A stretch of DNA of 64,000 nt from Spizellomyces punctatus DAOM BR117 (lineage: Eukaryota): assembly GCA_000182565.2 (NCBI GenBank), contig KQ257453.1; one strand, given 5' to 3'. Below the pieces are notes generated by a model. It saw nothing but the letters and a program-made list of their open reading frames with translations. It was not told the origin of the DNA and ran no database searches. This document shows, piece by piece, positions 63,213 to 64,000 of the stretch; positions within the stretch are counted from its first letter, which is position 1, and each line of letters opens with the position of its first letter. Position numbers and translations under genes: made by a program.

Positions 63213-63954
63213 ATGGGCCACGGCACCAGCAAGCCCGTCAAGGCTAGCACACCACCTCCTCCACAACCTCCACAAGATCCCCGCCCAGGCCGCACCGTCC
63301 TCTCCACAGACCCCCCACAAAAGCCCAAGCAGTACGTTTCTGACGGACCACCTGGATTCTTACCCTACGATGATAGAGAGGAAGAAGAACAAGAACGTGC
63401 GAACCGAGACCGCAAGGAACGAGAACGCTTGGAACGGGAACGTTTGGAACGAGAGCAAGTAGACAAGGATCGACTGGATAGAGCACGTAGGGATAAAGAA
63501 CATTCAGAACGGAACAGAGAAAAAGACAAGAATGTTATGCCACCCTCCCGAACTCCTCATCTTGCTGGTAAAAGTCACCGTTCTCCACTATTTTATCGCA
63601 GGAAAAGTCCAATGCACTGCCCCCACACTAACTACTTGTCTCTTTTTTTGTTAGATTCTACCACATTTATACCCCTCTCCCCAACACCCCGCCATACCCA
63701 CACCGACACAAAACCCAAATTCGATAAAGAAAAATTCAAAAAAGCAAATAAAGATCCCGTATGTCCATTTCCTTTCAAATTCCTTCGAGTGTTTGCCTAT
63801 ACTTATATTTTGTCGATAGCCTCCACAACAGGAAACAACCACAATACCTCACCGTGACCCACTCTTTTTGGATGAAAGTGATGAGGATTTCATGGCAGAG
63901 ATTTTACGGGAAACGGATTTTGTCGCCTTGGATCGAGCTCGAGGTGTTGTCTAA
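63213..63954 (+). CDS. Hypothetical small protein with a putative N-myristoylation site (MGHGTSK) and an R/E-rich coil
   Basis: MGxxxS motif; three exons inferred; last exon DESDEDFMAEILRETDFVALDRARGVV* ends with TAA at 63952-63954. Confidence 0.6.
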
Positions 63955-64000
63955 CCTTGTTTTTGTTTCTTGTTATTATAAAAACAGAAAGTTGAAATGG

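Overview
Eukaryotic, intron-rich fungal DNA. Most introns are about 50-70 nt. The gene content (Rim15 with a REC domain, front-end desaturase, EXD2-C, ANKRD39, Spa2/GIT) suggests an early-diverging fungus, probably a chytrid; this is inference. About 22 protein-coding genes can be assembled by eye, including an FKBP, RIM15, a YhfC-like intramembrane protease, a stand-alone response regulator, a 7TM protein, an EXD2-C HNH-like protein, a C2H2 transcription factor, ANKRD39, an NADP alcohol dehydrogenase, a steroid 5-alpha reductase, a Cdc25-like rhodanese, M20 and M17 peptidases, an RCK2/Srk1 kinase, a delta-6 desaturase and SPA2. Three gene-poor stretches (12.6-17.6, 33.5-37.0 and 39.5-44.3 kb) hold decayed ORFs and repeats. 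The most unusual locus is at 41.1-43.25 kb. It has six helically phased CCAAT boxes and a TATA-like element, then an apparently spliced transcript with no long ORF and many G-U-containing hairpins. It ends in GT-rich repeats interleaved with four tRNA T-loop mimics: a duplicated pair with a compensatory base change, a 12-bp minihelix, and an anticodon-less tRNA-like fold followed by T6. A second notable element is a foldback-like unit at 33.9-36.7 kb with an 87-bp tandem array and a 41-bp inverted repeat. All calls are from manual reading; no database searches or folding calculations were run.
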